A DNA stretch of 64,000 nucleotides from a virus (taxonomy: Duplodnaviria > Caudoviricetes), in IMG/VR virus record IMGVR_UViG_3300038345_000087, positions 32,001 to 96,000 of that record; one strand, 5' to 3'. How positions within the stretch are numbered: the stretch's first letter is position 1; the number at the start of each line of letters is the position of its first letter. Under the pieces are notes generated by a model that made no database searches, was not told the DNA's origin, and worked only from the letters and a program-made list of their open reading frames with translations. The translations under genes were made by a program, and so were the position numbers. Shown here in pieces: positions 27,438-37,518 of the stretch.

Positions 27438-28012
27438 TGATTACCATGTGTCTTGATTGGCGCGATTTCCTCTGCGCCGTGGAGGGTTTCGCGGGCGGTT
27501 CTCACCTTCGTCAACACATCTGGCATGAGATAGTAGTTCGTTATATCAAACAGATGGATGACTTGGAGCGTGATACGTTATGGTTCTTCTTCCGGCGTGA
27601 CATTTGGCCTCTTTATTTTGAGAGTGAATTTCACTCGTGTGGTGACAAAGATTTCCTTCAATGTATGGCGGCGATGCACCGTGGCAATTATCGCACTATT
27701 CGTTTCTGTGAAAACGGAAAGAAAAATGGTAAAAGACATGATCAGAGGTGCTATCGATTTCAGAATGAATGGCGCGTGGAAAACTCGTTCACGGGTTTCA
27801 TTCCTGAGAGTTGGATAGTGAAGGTTTCTGACCCTAATCCTGTGCTTGAGCCGTTGTATATTGAACAGGGTAAAGAGCATTGGTGGAGGGATCTCGAAGT
27901 GTATAATACCAACCCTGATGACGTGCGAATACAGACGATGATGGAGGTGAAAAGACATCATCAATCAAGATTGAACAACTATGTCAAAGAGGTTGATTCT
28001 AAAGGCATCTGA
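27438..28012 (+). CDS. hypothetical protein
   Basis: Within ORF 27338..28012; likely start MITMCLDW. Confidence 0.55.
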
Positions 28013-28208
28013 ATGTAAATGCTGCATTTGTGGTAACGCGGCTGTGGCGTTTTGGCCGAATATCGACCCCGACATTCCATCACATCCGTATTGCCGCAAA
28101 TGCCTCGATGAGCAACAAATCCAGATGCTTACAGCTACATTTTGCGAAGGTGACGAAAAAGCAGCTCGCGCAATGCACAAAGCCTTACAAAAAGACAAAC
28201 AACGATAA
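27981..28208 (+). CDS. Small zinc-finger protein
   Basis: CCIC...CRKC. Confidence 0.5.
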   Translation: MSKRLILKASECKCCICGNAAVAFWPNIDPDIPSHPYCRKCLDEQQIQMLTATFCEGDEKAARAMHKALQKDKQR

Positions 28209-29071
28209 TGACTGTTATTAAGACTACAACACCCATCGCACGCAATGATTACACTTGTGATCTGTGCCATCAACAAATTCCGCATGGCACACGATATAAG
28301 TGTGTTATTCTGCGTGCAGATGGCCGTCTCGTAACTCAGCACGTTCATCAGACATGTCCTGCCACGGTGTCAGAAGCATCATCTTCTGGTGTCGTTTCTA
28401 ATAATCCGCGTCAAACAGCTCCTCTGTTTATCCAGGGGGGGCATACTCCAGAAGATATTTTTCGCCAACAAATACACGCAGACGTTCAGGCACGCCTCCA
28501 TAAGTTTACCCGTGAGGAGAACTTACTGATAGCGTATGCGCCACTGGTTATTACTGAACTCTCTTGGAGGTTCGCTTTTAAGACTGTTGAATTGGCAGCT
28601 CACTATCGTATCTCTGAATTGAAAAAACTGTCACGTACCGTCAAGATGATGTTCGAGAAACAGAGGGGGCAATATCTTAAAGACCTCAAACCGTCACATA
28701 TCAAGCAAATAGAGACACAGACGGACAGATTCATGCAACTGTCATCCTCAGATCTTACCATCCTATATTTCTCTATCAATAACGAACTTAAAAAGAAGTT
28801 TCCAGATCTCTCTTACCTCGATCTGAGAACGGAGGCATGTCGAGCGATGGTGATGCTGAAGTTTCATAAAGAACATCAGAGAAAAATGGATGCGCTCATT
28901 AAGGAGCGTATGGGATATGTCAATCACTATGCAACACCCATACATGATGCTCTTTATGATGCAATGGATGCCTACGCCGATCCTGCTACTGTTGATTTCT
29001 CTGGCCATGTGGCCACATCTATGAAAATCTTACAGAAAAATATAGGTCAAATGGACTTTAAGACGTTCTGA
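28208..29071 (+). CDS. hypothetical protein (N-terminal Zn-binding motif; internal G7)
   Basis: CDLC...HxxC; in-frame G7 at 28435-28441. Confidence 0.55.
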   Translation: MTVIKTTTPIARNDYTCDLCHQQIPHGTRYKCVILRADGRLVTQHVHQTCPATVSEASSSGVVSNNPRQTAPLFIQGGHTPEDIFRQQIHADVQARLHKFTREENLLIAYAPLVITELSWRFAFKTVELAAHYRISELKKLSRTVKMMFEKQRGQYLKDLKPSHIKQIETQTDRFMQLSSSDLTILYFSINNELKKKFPDLSYLDLRTEACRAMVMLKFHKEHQRKMDALIKERMGYVNHYATPIHDALYDAMDAYADPATVDFSGHVATSMKILQKNIGQMDFKTF

Positions 29072-29114
29072 CACTATCGCATGATAATAATAGTTATGTT
29101 TAATAGGACGAAAA

Positions 29115-29933
29115 ATGAGTAAAAAGAAAGGTATTATATATCGGCCTGATGGCCCTGCCCTCGAATACTCTCCGTGGGGATGCAATCTCTATCGAGGTTG
29201 TTCGCATGGTTGCACCTACTGTTATCTTAAACGTGGCTTCCTGAAGAAGTCTCTTGGTGGCAATACTCCGATTTTGGAAAAGAAGGCAGGACGTACACCG
29301 GCTGAAGCATTCCAGAACTTCCGAAAGGAATTGGACGCTAATCGCGTCTCTATCATCGCTGATGGTGGCATTTTCTTCTCTTTTGCTACTGATCCCATGT
29401 TACACGAGACGATCGACCTCACGCTTCAATGTGCATCTTATGCGATGTCTCATGGCGTGCCTGTTCAAATACTCACGAAGGCTACTTGGTGGGCTAAGGA
29501 TCACATGCTTTTGAGCAATCTCTTTATCTATCGCCATCTGCTTCGTATTGGCTTCACGCTGACAGGCCATGATGAAAAGGAACCTGGTGCTCCATCAAAC
29601 CGCGAGCGCATTGAGGTTATGCGTAAGTTGCATGATATTAAAATCACCACCTTCGCATCCATTGAGCCGGTCATAGACTTCGTGGCTTCTCTCGAAATGA
29701 TTTTTGCCATTAAGGATATTTGCCCTGAAATCCGTATCGGATTACTTTCTCCATACTCTCCTAAACGCTACGATTGGAACCAATGTGACCGTTTTGTGGA
29801 TAAGGTGACAGAGGTGGCCAACTATGAAGGGATTACTGTTCATTGGAAGGAATCTATTAACCGCTTCTATCGTGAAGCAAATCCTGAACATCTACATGCA
29901 GATAAAAGTATTACATCTGGTTCTACGATATAA
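29115..29933 (+). CDS. Radical SAM protein
   Basis: GCSHGCTYCY (CxxxCxxC), TDPM, ILTK, ASIEPV. Confidence 0.8.
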   Translation: MSKKKGIIYRPDGPALEYSPWGCNLYRGCSHGCTYCYLKRGFLKKSLGGNTPILEKKAGRTPAEAFQNFRKELDANRVSIIADGGIFFSFATDPMLHETIDLTLQCASYAMSHGVPVQILTKATWWAKDHMLLSNLFIYRHLLRIGFTLTGHDEKEPGAPSNRERIEVMRKLHDIKITTFASIEPVIDFVASLEMIFAIKDICPEIRIGLLSPYSPKRYDWNQCDRFVDKVTEVANYEGITVHWKESINRFYREANPEHLHADKSITSGSTI

Positions 29934-30228
29934 GTGGTATGATATGATAGCCGATGGCATCAAGAAAGAGGAATACCGCCGCATGACTCCTTATTGGATA
30001 AAGCGTTTGGTACAAAATGCCACGATTGAAGGTGATACCAATGTCATTACTTTTAAGCCATACACACATGTCTGCTTCCATCGGGCTTATACCTCTACAA
30101 CGATGTTATTTGAACTGGATGGATTGGGCGTAGGTTATGGAAAGCCGGAATGGGGAGCGAAAGACGAACGTACTTTCATCTTACGACTCGGAAAACAAGA
30201 ACATTGTATTTGGAAATACATAAAATGA
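29896..30228 (+). CDS. ASCH/PUA-like protein
   Basis: LHLVLRYKWYDMIADGIKKEEYR. Confidence 0.6.
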   Translation: MQIKVLHLVLRYKWYDMIADGIKKEEYRRMTPYWIKRLVQNATIEGDTNVITFKPYTHVCFHRAYTSTTMLFELDGLGVGYGKPEWGAKDERTFILRLGKQEHCIWKYIK

Positions 30229-30635
30229 AACAACCACGTATCTACATATCAGGTCCTATCACAGGACACAGTGACTATAAAGAACGCTTTGCTGAAGCAG
30301 CTGATACGTTACGTAAGGCTGGATGGGTGAAACCTGTCAATCCTACGACGATGTTCGGCTGGTTCCAACCTGTTTTCAACAGACTACCTTATCGGCTTCA
30401 GGTGTTCATTGATTGTATGGTGCTCTCTACGTGTAAAGGCATCTATTTGATGTCGGATTACAATTTGTCTCGTGGTGCCCGTCTTGAAAAGGCTGTGGCA
30501 GAGTTCTTGCAACTATCCATATATGAGCAAAGGCTTAATAATCCTTTCTCGCCTCTAATCAAGTCTTTTGTTGATATGGGAGAGCAAATGTCACGATTTA
30601 GTTCAATCTGTTGCGGTGCATTCGCAACCAAATAA
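30225..30635 (+). CDS. DUF4406-like (nucleoside deoxyribosyltransferase fold) protein
   Basis: IYISGPITG ... SRGARLEKAVA. Confidence 0.7.
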   Translation: MKQPRIYISGPITGHSDYKERFAEAADTLRKAGWVKPVNPTTMFGWFQPVFNRLPYRLQVFIDCMVLSTCKGIYLMSDYNLSRGARLEKAVAEFLQLSIYEQRLNNPFSPLIKSFVDMGEQMSRFSSICCGAFATK

Positions 30636-30657
30636 TAAATAAACAAAATTTCAAATT

Positions 30658-31164
30658 ATGGGTAAACAAAATCTTTCCATCATGGACCGCATCAAGACTT
30701 TCGAGGATGCTGTCAAGGAATTGGGTGAAAAGCACCCCGCCGTATGTGAGTACAATGCCATCGTTTCCGCCGGTCTTGAAACGTCTATGTCTCCTGACAT
30801 TCTCGCATACTTCAAACTTCGTATCATCACCGCCGCACTCAATGATGGCTGGGAGCCTCAGTTTACGGTGGGTGAATATCGCTATTGGCCGTGGTTCTGG
30901 CTCTATACACAAGAGGAAGTGGATGCTATGACCGAAGCGGAGCGTTCTGAGCTGCTGTACGTCGGGGGTTACGCGTCTGACGGTGCGCTATGCGGTATTT
31001 CGTATGCGAACTCGATTTACGCTTTCTCGCTCTCGGACGCGGTCATCGGTGCTCGTCTGGCCTTCAAATCTCAGGAACTCGCGAAGTACGCTGGTCGCCA
31101 GTTCATAGAACTGTGGTCTGATTTTTCGTTCAAACCTGTTGACGGGCATGGCAAAGAAGAATAA
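30658..31164 (+). CDS. Remote DGR target protein (168 aa)
   Basis: Contains VR2, which matches the TR at 50633-50743. Confidence 0.85.
   Translation: MGKQNLSIMDRIKTFEDAVKELGEKHPAVCEYNAIVSAGLETSMSPDILAYFKLRIITAALNDGWEPQFTVGEYRYWPWFWLYTQEEVDAMTEAERSELLYVGGYASDGALCGISYANSIYAFSLSDAVIGARLAFKSQELAKYAGRQFIELWSDFSFKPVDGHGKEE
30949..31059 (+). repeat. DGR variable repeat VR2
   Basis: 111 bp; 14 mismatches to the TR, all at TR adenines. Confidence 0.93.
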
Positions 31165-31408
31165 CAATAAGCCGCTTGACCAGAAGGCAATTCTCTTACG
31201 AGAAATATCAGAGGTTTTCAAACGCCATCAGGCAGATCCTAATATGTCTGTTGAGGTTTTGGGAGAAATGATGATGCACGTGTTCGTCGCGATGCAAACT
31301 TTCACTCCTGATGACATCACTCCTCATATCCTGGCCTTCTTTGACACCATGAAGGATAAAGCCTCAGAGGTGTTATCACAAGTTCTGGCGGATAGAAACA
31401 AGAATTGA
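31139..31408 (+). CDS. hypothetical protein
   Basis: Overlapping ORF in the operon. Confidence 0.5.
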   Translation: MTGMAKKNNNKPLDQKAILLREISEVFKRHQADPNMSVEVLGEMMMHVFVAMQTFTPDDITPHILAFFDTMKDKASEVLSQVLADRNKN

Positions 31409-31737
31409 CTATGCCTTACGGAGTTTGTAAAATTTGTGGTTGTACGGATAATGATCCGTGTCATAATCCGCTCCACGGTAACTGTTGGTGGGTTGATGAA
31501 ACCCATGAGCTGTGTAGTCATTGTGCAGATAAATCCATCGCTGATGATCCAGCAACACAGCACTGTATTAACAGCAAAGGCTTTGACCCCTATCCTGGCA
31601 TTAAGCGCAAAGACCTTGCTTCTCTTGGTTGTCCTTTTCCTGATGATACTGGTGATATGTGTGCTGAATGTTCGCACATGAGTTTTACAAGCGTATTTAC
31701 AGGTGAATGTGATTTAGGTATAAGAATTGATAATTAA
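31405..31737 (+). CDS. Cys-rich hypothetical protein
   Basis: CKICGCTDNDPC...CWW...LCSHC. Confidence 0.55.
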   Translation: MTMPYGVCKICGCTDNDPCHNPLHGNCWWVDETHELCSHCADKSIADDPATQHCINSKGFDPYPGIKRKDLASLGCPFPDDTGDMCAECSHMSFTSVFTGECDLGIRIDN

Positions 31738-32566
31738 AGAATATCAAGTAATGAATAGATATATTTGTCGTGCAAAGGCCGTTGAAGATGGCCGTTGGGT
31801 ACAGGGTGAGCCACATACTATGTCCTCACATCCGCACATACATATTTCTGCATTGGAATCTGTTAGAATCAATCCCAATACACTTGGAAGGTTTACGGGC
31901 TGGCGTGATAAGAACGGTAATCCCATTTTTGAGGATGATATTCTGGCATTGACTATTCCTGATGGTACTACTCGACTATTCATTGTAGAGTGGCAACGTC
32001 AGGTAAGACATTTGAAGTCTCTGAAAGATTTTGTTCCAGATGGCAATCCAGTAGAGGTTAGTGGATGGTGCTTTACTTGGGGGCAAAACTGTCTATTACC
32101 ATCGGTTATAGGACATGTGCCAGACTATTATCGTATGGAAATTGTCGGAAATGTATATGACAATATAGATCTGCTTGAACCTGGTGCTGAAGAACAGTTC
32201 AAAAGCCATCGTGAACTAATCGGTAATACTTGCTGTCTGTCAAACAAACCAGGTGTGCAAGTGTTTATGTATGATCTAAAGAATGATAATGGCAGTTGGT
32301 TGGCTCGCTGTTTCCTTACTTCTGATGGCGTTTATATGTCCTACTCTGAATGGGGAAATTTCTTCCATTACTTTAATGCACCTGGTAAGGATGGTATTCG
32401 TAAGTTTATGCTTGGTATTAGCGAAGGCTACTTTGCCAACAAACTCTGTGAGGTGGAATGGAATACAGCACCGACCAAAGTAGCCGCTGCTGCAAAACGT
32501 CATGCAAAGCATGTCTTGCCAGTACTTCAGCAGACTATTCGTGAACAGTTGGAAAAGGAGGGGTAG
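31727..32566 (+). CDS. YopX-domain protein with extra C-terminal domain
   Basis: GRFTGWRDKNGNPIFEDDI ... EIVGNVYDN. Confidence 0.7.
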   Translation: MIIKEYQVMNRYICRAKAVEDGRWVQGEPHTMSSHPHIHISALESVRINPNTLGRFTGWRDKNGNPIFEDDILALTIPDGTTRLFIVEWQRQVRHLKSLKDFVPDGNPVEVSGWCFTWGQNCLLPSVIGHVPDYYRMEIVGNVYDNIDLLEPGAEEQFKSHRELIGNTCCLSNKPGVQVFMYDLKNDNGSWLARCFLTSDGVYMSYSEWGNFFHYFNAPGKDGIRKFMLGISEGYFANKLCEVEWNTAPTKVAAAAKRHAKHVLPVLQQTIREQLEKEG

Positions 32567-32568
32567 TT

Positions 32569-32814
32569 ATGGCTCATTCAACAATGCTTTATGCTGCTGA
32601 AATCGGTTTGTGTCTGAAGGAAATCAATATCCCAAAGATGTTTCTGGAAGATACACTTCGCAAGATGGCTTCAGAACTCAAGTCTATGGATCCTCAATCA
32701 GAGGACTGTAAGCAGTTATCTTACTATGCGCAGATACTCCATGCCGCTCTCCTCTCAATCAATGCTGCTGAAGATGCTGTATCAGGTCTATCTCTATTGA
32801 TGCTTAAACAGTAA
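32569..32814 (+). CDS. hypothetical protein
   Basis: 81-aa ORF in the operon. Confidence 0.5.
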   Translation: MAHSTMLYAAEIGLCLKEINIPKMFLEDTLRKMASELKSMDPQSEDCKQLSYYAQILHAALLSINAAEDAVSGLSLLMLKQ

Positions 32815-33114
32815 TGGTATGACAGAAATTGAAAAGGTACTTCAAGTGTTTGCTGATAGTGTAGAAAAATTGAGTTATCCTGAACCAACGGGTGATCCCA
32901 ATAAAGACTACGCTGGTTTCTGGCCTATCATCGAGAAAGAAGAAGCATATCATAAGCAATGTGAAATGACTCCAATTTGGTATTAAATTCTTATGAAGAA
33001 TAACTTAACAATCTCCTTCCGACACTGCTCCACCTGTGGTTATTTCTGTGATATGGGATAAAGAAGGTTGGTGTTCATGGCTCGGCACAATGCGCAAAGC
33101 AAGACAGCAAGAAT

Positions 33115-33600
33115 GTGAGGATGGGTATAAGGAAAAAGATTAGCACAATGATACATCGTCCAATAGAAGAAATAAAGAATGAACTGAAGGCTTCTGGTTT
33201 TCAGGTTCCAGAGCATTTCCCTTACGCCGTCGAATACTATCCGAATGCGAAGGACATGCGGGATGCTCTGCCATTGTTGCATGATGAACTACAACAATGG
33301 TATTTGTATGCTTATAAAATGATGACGGTTCAAATTCCATATCATTCAAGGATGGATGTTTGGGTCTATCTGAGACTCGGTTCTAAATATGGCGGATGTT
33401 CTCGTGTAGAAGCGGTCCTGAAATATGAAGAACGCGAATATAAGTATGACCTTTTATTGTCTGAAACTACCATCGCTCATGCTGTTAGTCCAGTAGGTGT
33501 TGTACGTACATGTATTAAAGACACACTGGCAAGAGTGTTCCGCCTTGTTTCCGCTTTTTTTGCAACTGGTGTTATACCCAAGGATGAATTTGATATTTAA
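33115..33600 (+). CDS. hypothetical protein
   Basis: 161-aa ORF in the operon. Confidence 0.5.
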   Translation: MRMGIRKKISTMIHRPIEEIKNELKASGFQVPEHFPYAVEYYPNAKDMRDALPLLHDELQQWYLYAYKMMTVQIPYHSRMDVWVYLRLGSKYGGCSRVEAVLKYEEREYKYDLLLSETTIAHAVSPVGVVRTCIKDTLARVFRLVSAFFATGVIPKDEFDI

Positions 33601-33665
33601 TCGTCATGTATGCTGCTATATCATAGCAGCCAATTTTAATCAATAATTTATAAAAAGCAAACATT

Positions 33666-34115
33666 ATGAATTTAGATGAAATGGCCCATAAGTACATTGG
33701 GCTGCTGGAAAACAAATCTGGCGTATTTAATGAAGGCGACATGGAAACATGTTACGTTACTGGAGCACAACAGGCTTCTGAATTACAGGAAGGACAATCT
33801 GGCAATTTCGGACAGGCTATTGGTTCACTGAAGTTCGGAAAACTTGTTCGTCGTGCCGGATGGAATGGAAAGGGAATGTTTCTCTTTATGCGTCCTTTCG
33901 ATGTTTTGTCTGACAGCTTCATTGTTGATACTGTGAAGTCTCTTCCACACAACTTTAAGGAATGGGTAAAGAACCATCCTAATGAGCGTAAGGAACGCTT
34001 TTTCGCTCAGTATATTTGTATGAAAGCTGCCGACGGTTCCGTTGTCAATGGATGGCTTGCTTCTCAGACGGACATGCTGGCTGACGATTGGGAACTGGTA
34101 AACCCTGAAGAATAG
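33666..34115 (+). CDS. DUF2829 / Tad2-like protein
   Basis: FGQAIGSLKFGKLVRRAGWNGKGMFL ... GWLASQTDMLADDW. Confidence 0.7.
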   Translation: MNLDEMAHKYIGLLENKSGVFNEGDMETCYVTGAQQASELQEGQSGNFGQAIGSLKFGKLVRRAGWNGKGMFLFMRPFDVLSDSFIVDTVKSLPHNFKEWVKNHPNERKERFFAQYICMKAADGSVVNGWLASQTDMLADDWELVNPEE

Positions 34116-34322
34116 ACCTATGACACATCCAATCGGTTTTCAGTTCAAACCTACTTTCCCCTCTAACCTCGATCACTTCGAGGTTAGAGGTTTCGATGAA
34201 GAGAAAAAACATGTACTTACTATCGTCTATCCCAAGAATGGATCACCGTTCAATGATAGTATAGAAGAAGAGTACTACGAAGCTGCTTTTGCTATTGGTG
34301 ACTATGTACCGTTAAATCTTGA

Positions 34323-34619
34323 TTGATTATGGCTGGCCCTAAATGCGACATATTTGAGTATATCAGAGATACCGTTCATATCTACGATAAGATGACAGAG
34401 ACCAACAAGAATCTCCGTTATCTTTTCAAAGACTATGAAGAGAAGGTTGTTCCCGTCAAAGAGTGTATTCGTAAAGTCATGGCTGCTCAGAAGAAAGATG
34501 TCCTTCCTGCTACCATTGACTTGATGACAGCGGCAATGGAAAAAGATAATGCAGTTCATGCCATGTGGTTTATGTCAGCTGCCGTAGATATCTGTAATGA
34601 AAAGCAAATCAAACAATGA
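34323..34619 (+). CDS. hypothetical protein
   Basis: 98-aa ORF in the operon. Confidence 0.5.
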   Translation: MIMAGPKCDIFEYIRDTVHIYDKMTETNKNLRYLFKDYEEKVVPVKECIRKVMAAQKKDVLPATIDLMTAAMEKDNAVHAMWFMSAAVDICNEKQIKQ

Positions 34620-34669
34620 AAAAATTACATCGAATAATCCTATTCCGTGGCTACAATGCCAAAAACAAA
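34613..34669 (+). repeat. 57-bp direct repeat, copy 1
   Basis: Identical to 36770-36826 (start of the YopX gene). Confidence 0.9.
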
Positions 34670-34818
34670 CCGCACCTCGTACATGTCGGCTCAGGCTTGG
34701 AGCGCGGCTGTCCCTTCCTCGTCGCTGATGATACAAACAAACATATCGTCACCTGTAACTTTATGCCAGACTTCTTCCCTGGCCTCGTTTATGACTCAAA
34801 ATAACCCTAACACTCCCT

Positions 34819-35451
34819 ATGAAAGTATATGTGTTCGATACAAATGACTTGGCAGAACCTTTGAAGAGGGATGACAATGTTTATTCGCTTCCTATTTTCA
34901 AGAAAGGGAGTGGAATGTATGGACTGAATGATGTCAGTGTATTCGTTTCAGATCCTATCATGGAAGGTGTGCATCGCCCATTCTGTCTCATTGTAAACAT
35001 GAAATTTGGGAAATCCGTTTATGATGTATTGAAAGATCTGCCCATCGAAAGATGTGTGTTCGCAATTCCTCAGCATCATGTAACGAAAGAATGCGTAAGA
35101 ATCTTCGGTTGTTCTTATGAAATGAACTATGAGCTGAAGCCAACATCGTTGTCTATGACATTCTTGGTGCCATTCTCGCATTGTTACATCTTTAACTCTT
35201 TATCTGTATTTGAGGATTTATGTGTTAAAAACTCTGACAGTAAGACGATGTTCCCATCTTCTGATTTTGTTCGATGTGTGGTCACAAAGGATGGCATTTT
35301 CTTCAAGAATGAGGCCATCTTTGATTTCTATAATAAGACGAAAAACTATGTCCCAGAGAATTATGAGGATGCCATCAGAAAAGAAACCATCCTCTCACTT
35401 TGCCAGGACGTTTTGTGTCATATATCTCTCGTGAAAAATAAAAGTAAATAA
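34819..35451 (+). CDS. hypothetical protein
   Basis: 210-aa ORF. Confidence 0.55.
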   Translation: MKVYVFDTNDLAEPLKRDDNVYSLPIFKKGSGMYGLNDVSVFVSDPIMEGVHRPFCLIVNMKFGKSVYDVLKDLPIERCVFAIPQHHVTKECVRIFGCSYEMNYELKPTSLSMTFLVPFSHCYIFNSLSVFEDLCVKNSDSKTMFPSSDFVRCVVTKDGIFFKNEAIFDFYNKTKNYVPENYEDAIRKETILSLCQDVLCHISLVKNKSK

Positions 35452-35463
35452 TAGCTTCGTTAA

Positions 35464-36174
35464 TTGCATTGTGATCCCATCACAATACTTAAAACTCCTC
35501 GTATGATTGACCAAAAAATGTTTTTCTCCAACCGCACCATCATGGAATATCGGGATATGGTGCTCGATGACATCCTGAAGGAGTACCTTCTTTTCAAAGG
35601 TACATGGGATGCGGATGACAATGCCATCAATAAAGAAGTTCAGATCAAGGACATTGTGCGCTCTGGACTCTTTATCTATGGCCTGAAAGATAATGCCACC
35701 AACAAGTCGGCTGTCAGCTACTATTGTGAACGTGAGGCACAGAGAAGGCTAATCATCCATGATGGACTTATCACCGTGCCAGAAAAACTCTGGAAGGAAT
35801 GCGATGAGTATAACCGCGCTCACTGCGTAAAAAAAGCCTTTGACCTCGACTGCGACGATTACGAACACGGCACGCCTGAAGGCGGTTGTGACGGCATGGG
35901 ACATTACCTCTGCAATGAGTGCAAATGGCGTTCACAAGAATCTCTCCGTCGAATCCATGAGGATGAATTGCACGGTAAGACCATCCGCAAGCGTTCCAAA
36001 ACCAACCAGTACATCCGTGCCCGTGTCATCGAATCCGATGAAGAGGTATTGGTAGATGACTTCGATATCGATGGCATCTATAACATGTGGCACAACACTG
36101 AGTCCGGCATAATCTACCACGATGACGAACTGGAGTTCCTGGACCCACGCCTCCAATCTATCCCCAATAAATAA
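35464..36174 (+). CDS. hypothetical protein with Cys cluster
   Basis: CDDY...CDGMGHYLCNEC. Confidence 0.55.
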   Translation: MHCDPITILKTPRMIDQKMFFSNRTIMEYRDMVLDDILKEYLLFKGTWDADDNAINKEVQIKDIVRSGLFIYGLKDNATNKSAVSYYCEREAQRRLIIHDGLITVPEKLWKECDEYNRAHCVKKAFDLDCDDYEHGTPEGGCDGMGHYLCNECKWRSQESLRRIHEDELHGKTIRKRSKTNQYIRARVIESDEEVLVDDFDIDGIYNMWHNTESGIIYHDDELEFLDPRLQSIPNK

Positions 36175-36218
36175 TTAGTGTGCTCGGTGGTTTCCTCACC
36201 GAGAAAAATCCAAACGAT

Positions 36219-36769
36219 ATGAATAAATCCCCAATGCCTTCCATCCTTGATGCCTGTTGTGGCGGTAAGATGTTCTGGTTTGATAAGAATGACCCTCGTG
36301 TTCTCTTTCAGGACATCCGTTGCATAGAAACGACTCTCAAAGATCGTGATAAGCTACGACATTTTTCGGTTAAGCCGGATGTGATGGCTGATTTCACCTC
36401 TATGCCTTACCCAGACAATAGTTTTCGCATGGTTGTATTTGACCCACCACATTTGAAATATACTGGATCCAAGAAAGAACCTCAGAACTGGCAGATGAAA
36501 AAGTATGGATGGCTGCCCGCTCATGGATGGCAGGACATCATTCGCAAGGGGTTCTCGGAGTGCTTTCGTGTTCTTATGCCTGGTGGGTTTCTTATCTTCA
36601 AATGGAACGAAACAGACATACGTGTATCGGAAATTCTGAAACTTACCCCCCCACTACTCCACCTCTTTTCGGGCATATCTCTGGCAAACGGGCTAATACC
36701 CATTGGATATGTTTTATGAAAGAGGATGACGAACCAATTAACGCTGTGTTTCCAGATATAAAGCAATAG
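36219..36769 (+). pseudogene. SAM-dependent (amino-type DNA) methyltransferase frameshifted at C7
   Basis: ILDACCGGKMFWFDK, VVFDPPH, LIFKWNE. The expected tail PLFGHISGKRANTHWICFMK is in another frame after C7 (36646-36652). Confidence 0.75.
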
Positions 36770-36826
36770 ACAATGAAAAAATTACATCGAATAATCCTAT
36801 TCCGTGGCTACAATGCCAAAAACAAA
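36770..36826 (+). repeat. 57-bp direct repeat, copy 2
   Basis: Identical to 34613-34669. Confidence 0.9.
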
Positions 36827-37225
36827 ACGTGGCTTCATGGCTACTATATCCAGAATCGGCTTGGTCATTTCGTTACTCCCAATGAGTTTGCACGAGGTAA
36901 AGATTGGGATGATTACGAAGTAGATCCTGATACTGTCGGACAGTTTACTGGTACATACGATAAAACGGGCGCGATGGTTTATGAAGGTGACATCGTGGAT
37001 GCCTGGAGTGCTGGCTCACATATTAGTCATGGAATTGTAAAATTTGCTTCTCCTCGTTTCTTCATTCTCGTCAATCATTCAGAGAAGGGGACACCTATTG
37101 ACTGTTGGAGTCTTGCACCAAGCCAGTTTGATGGTAACGATGAGCATTTGAAGGTAGTTGGCAATATCCATGATAACCCAGAACTCGTAAAAGCATATTT
37201 GGAATATCAAAAGCATCATGTATGA
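36773..37225 (+). CDS. YopX family protein
   Basis: ILFRG..., TVGQFTGTYDKTGAMVYEGDIV, VVGNIHDNPEL. Confidence 0.8.
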   Translation: MKKLHRIILFRGYNAKNKTWLHGYYIQNRLGHFVTPNEFARGKDWDDYEVDPDTVGQFTGTYDKTGAMVYEGDIVDAWSAGSHISHGIVKFASPRFFILVNHSEKGTPIDCWSLAPSQFDGNDEHLKVVGNIHDNPELVKAYLEYQKHHV

Positions 37226-37518
37226 ATAAGAATTGTATATCTTGTATCCATTCAAAGTTTGACTCGGACATCAAGCAGTTCGTGTGTCAGCTGAATGATA
37301 TGACTGTCAACAATCGTATGATTTGTGAAGAGTATTCTCCTTGCAGGGTGCTGATAGCTGCTAAAAGAGCGAAGGAATTTAGGGATGTTGGAACGATGAC
37401 GAAAGATGACGTGTTGAAAGCCTGTCAATCCGTGACATCTATGATGAACTCTTAGCATAATAACAGTTATTTTACCGTTTTTGATACAGACAACGACCAC
37501 CTAAAACGTATCTTTGCA

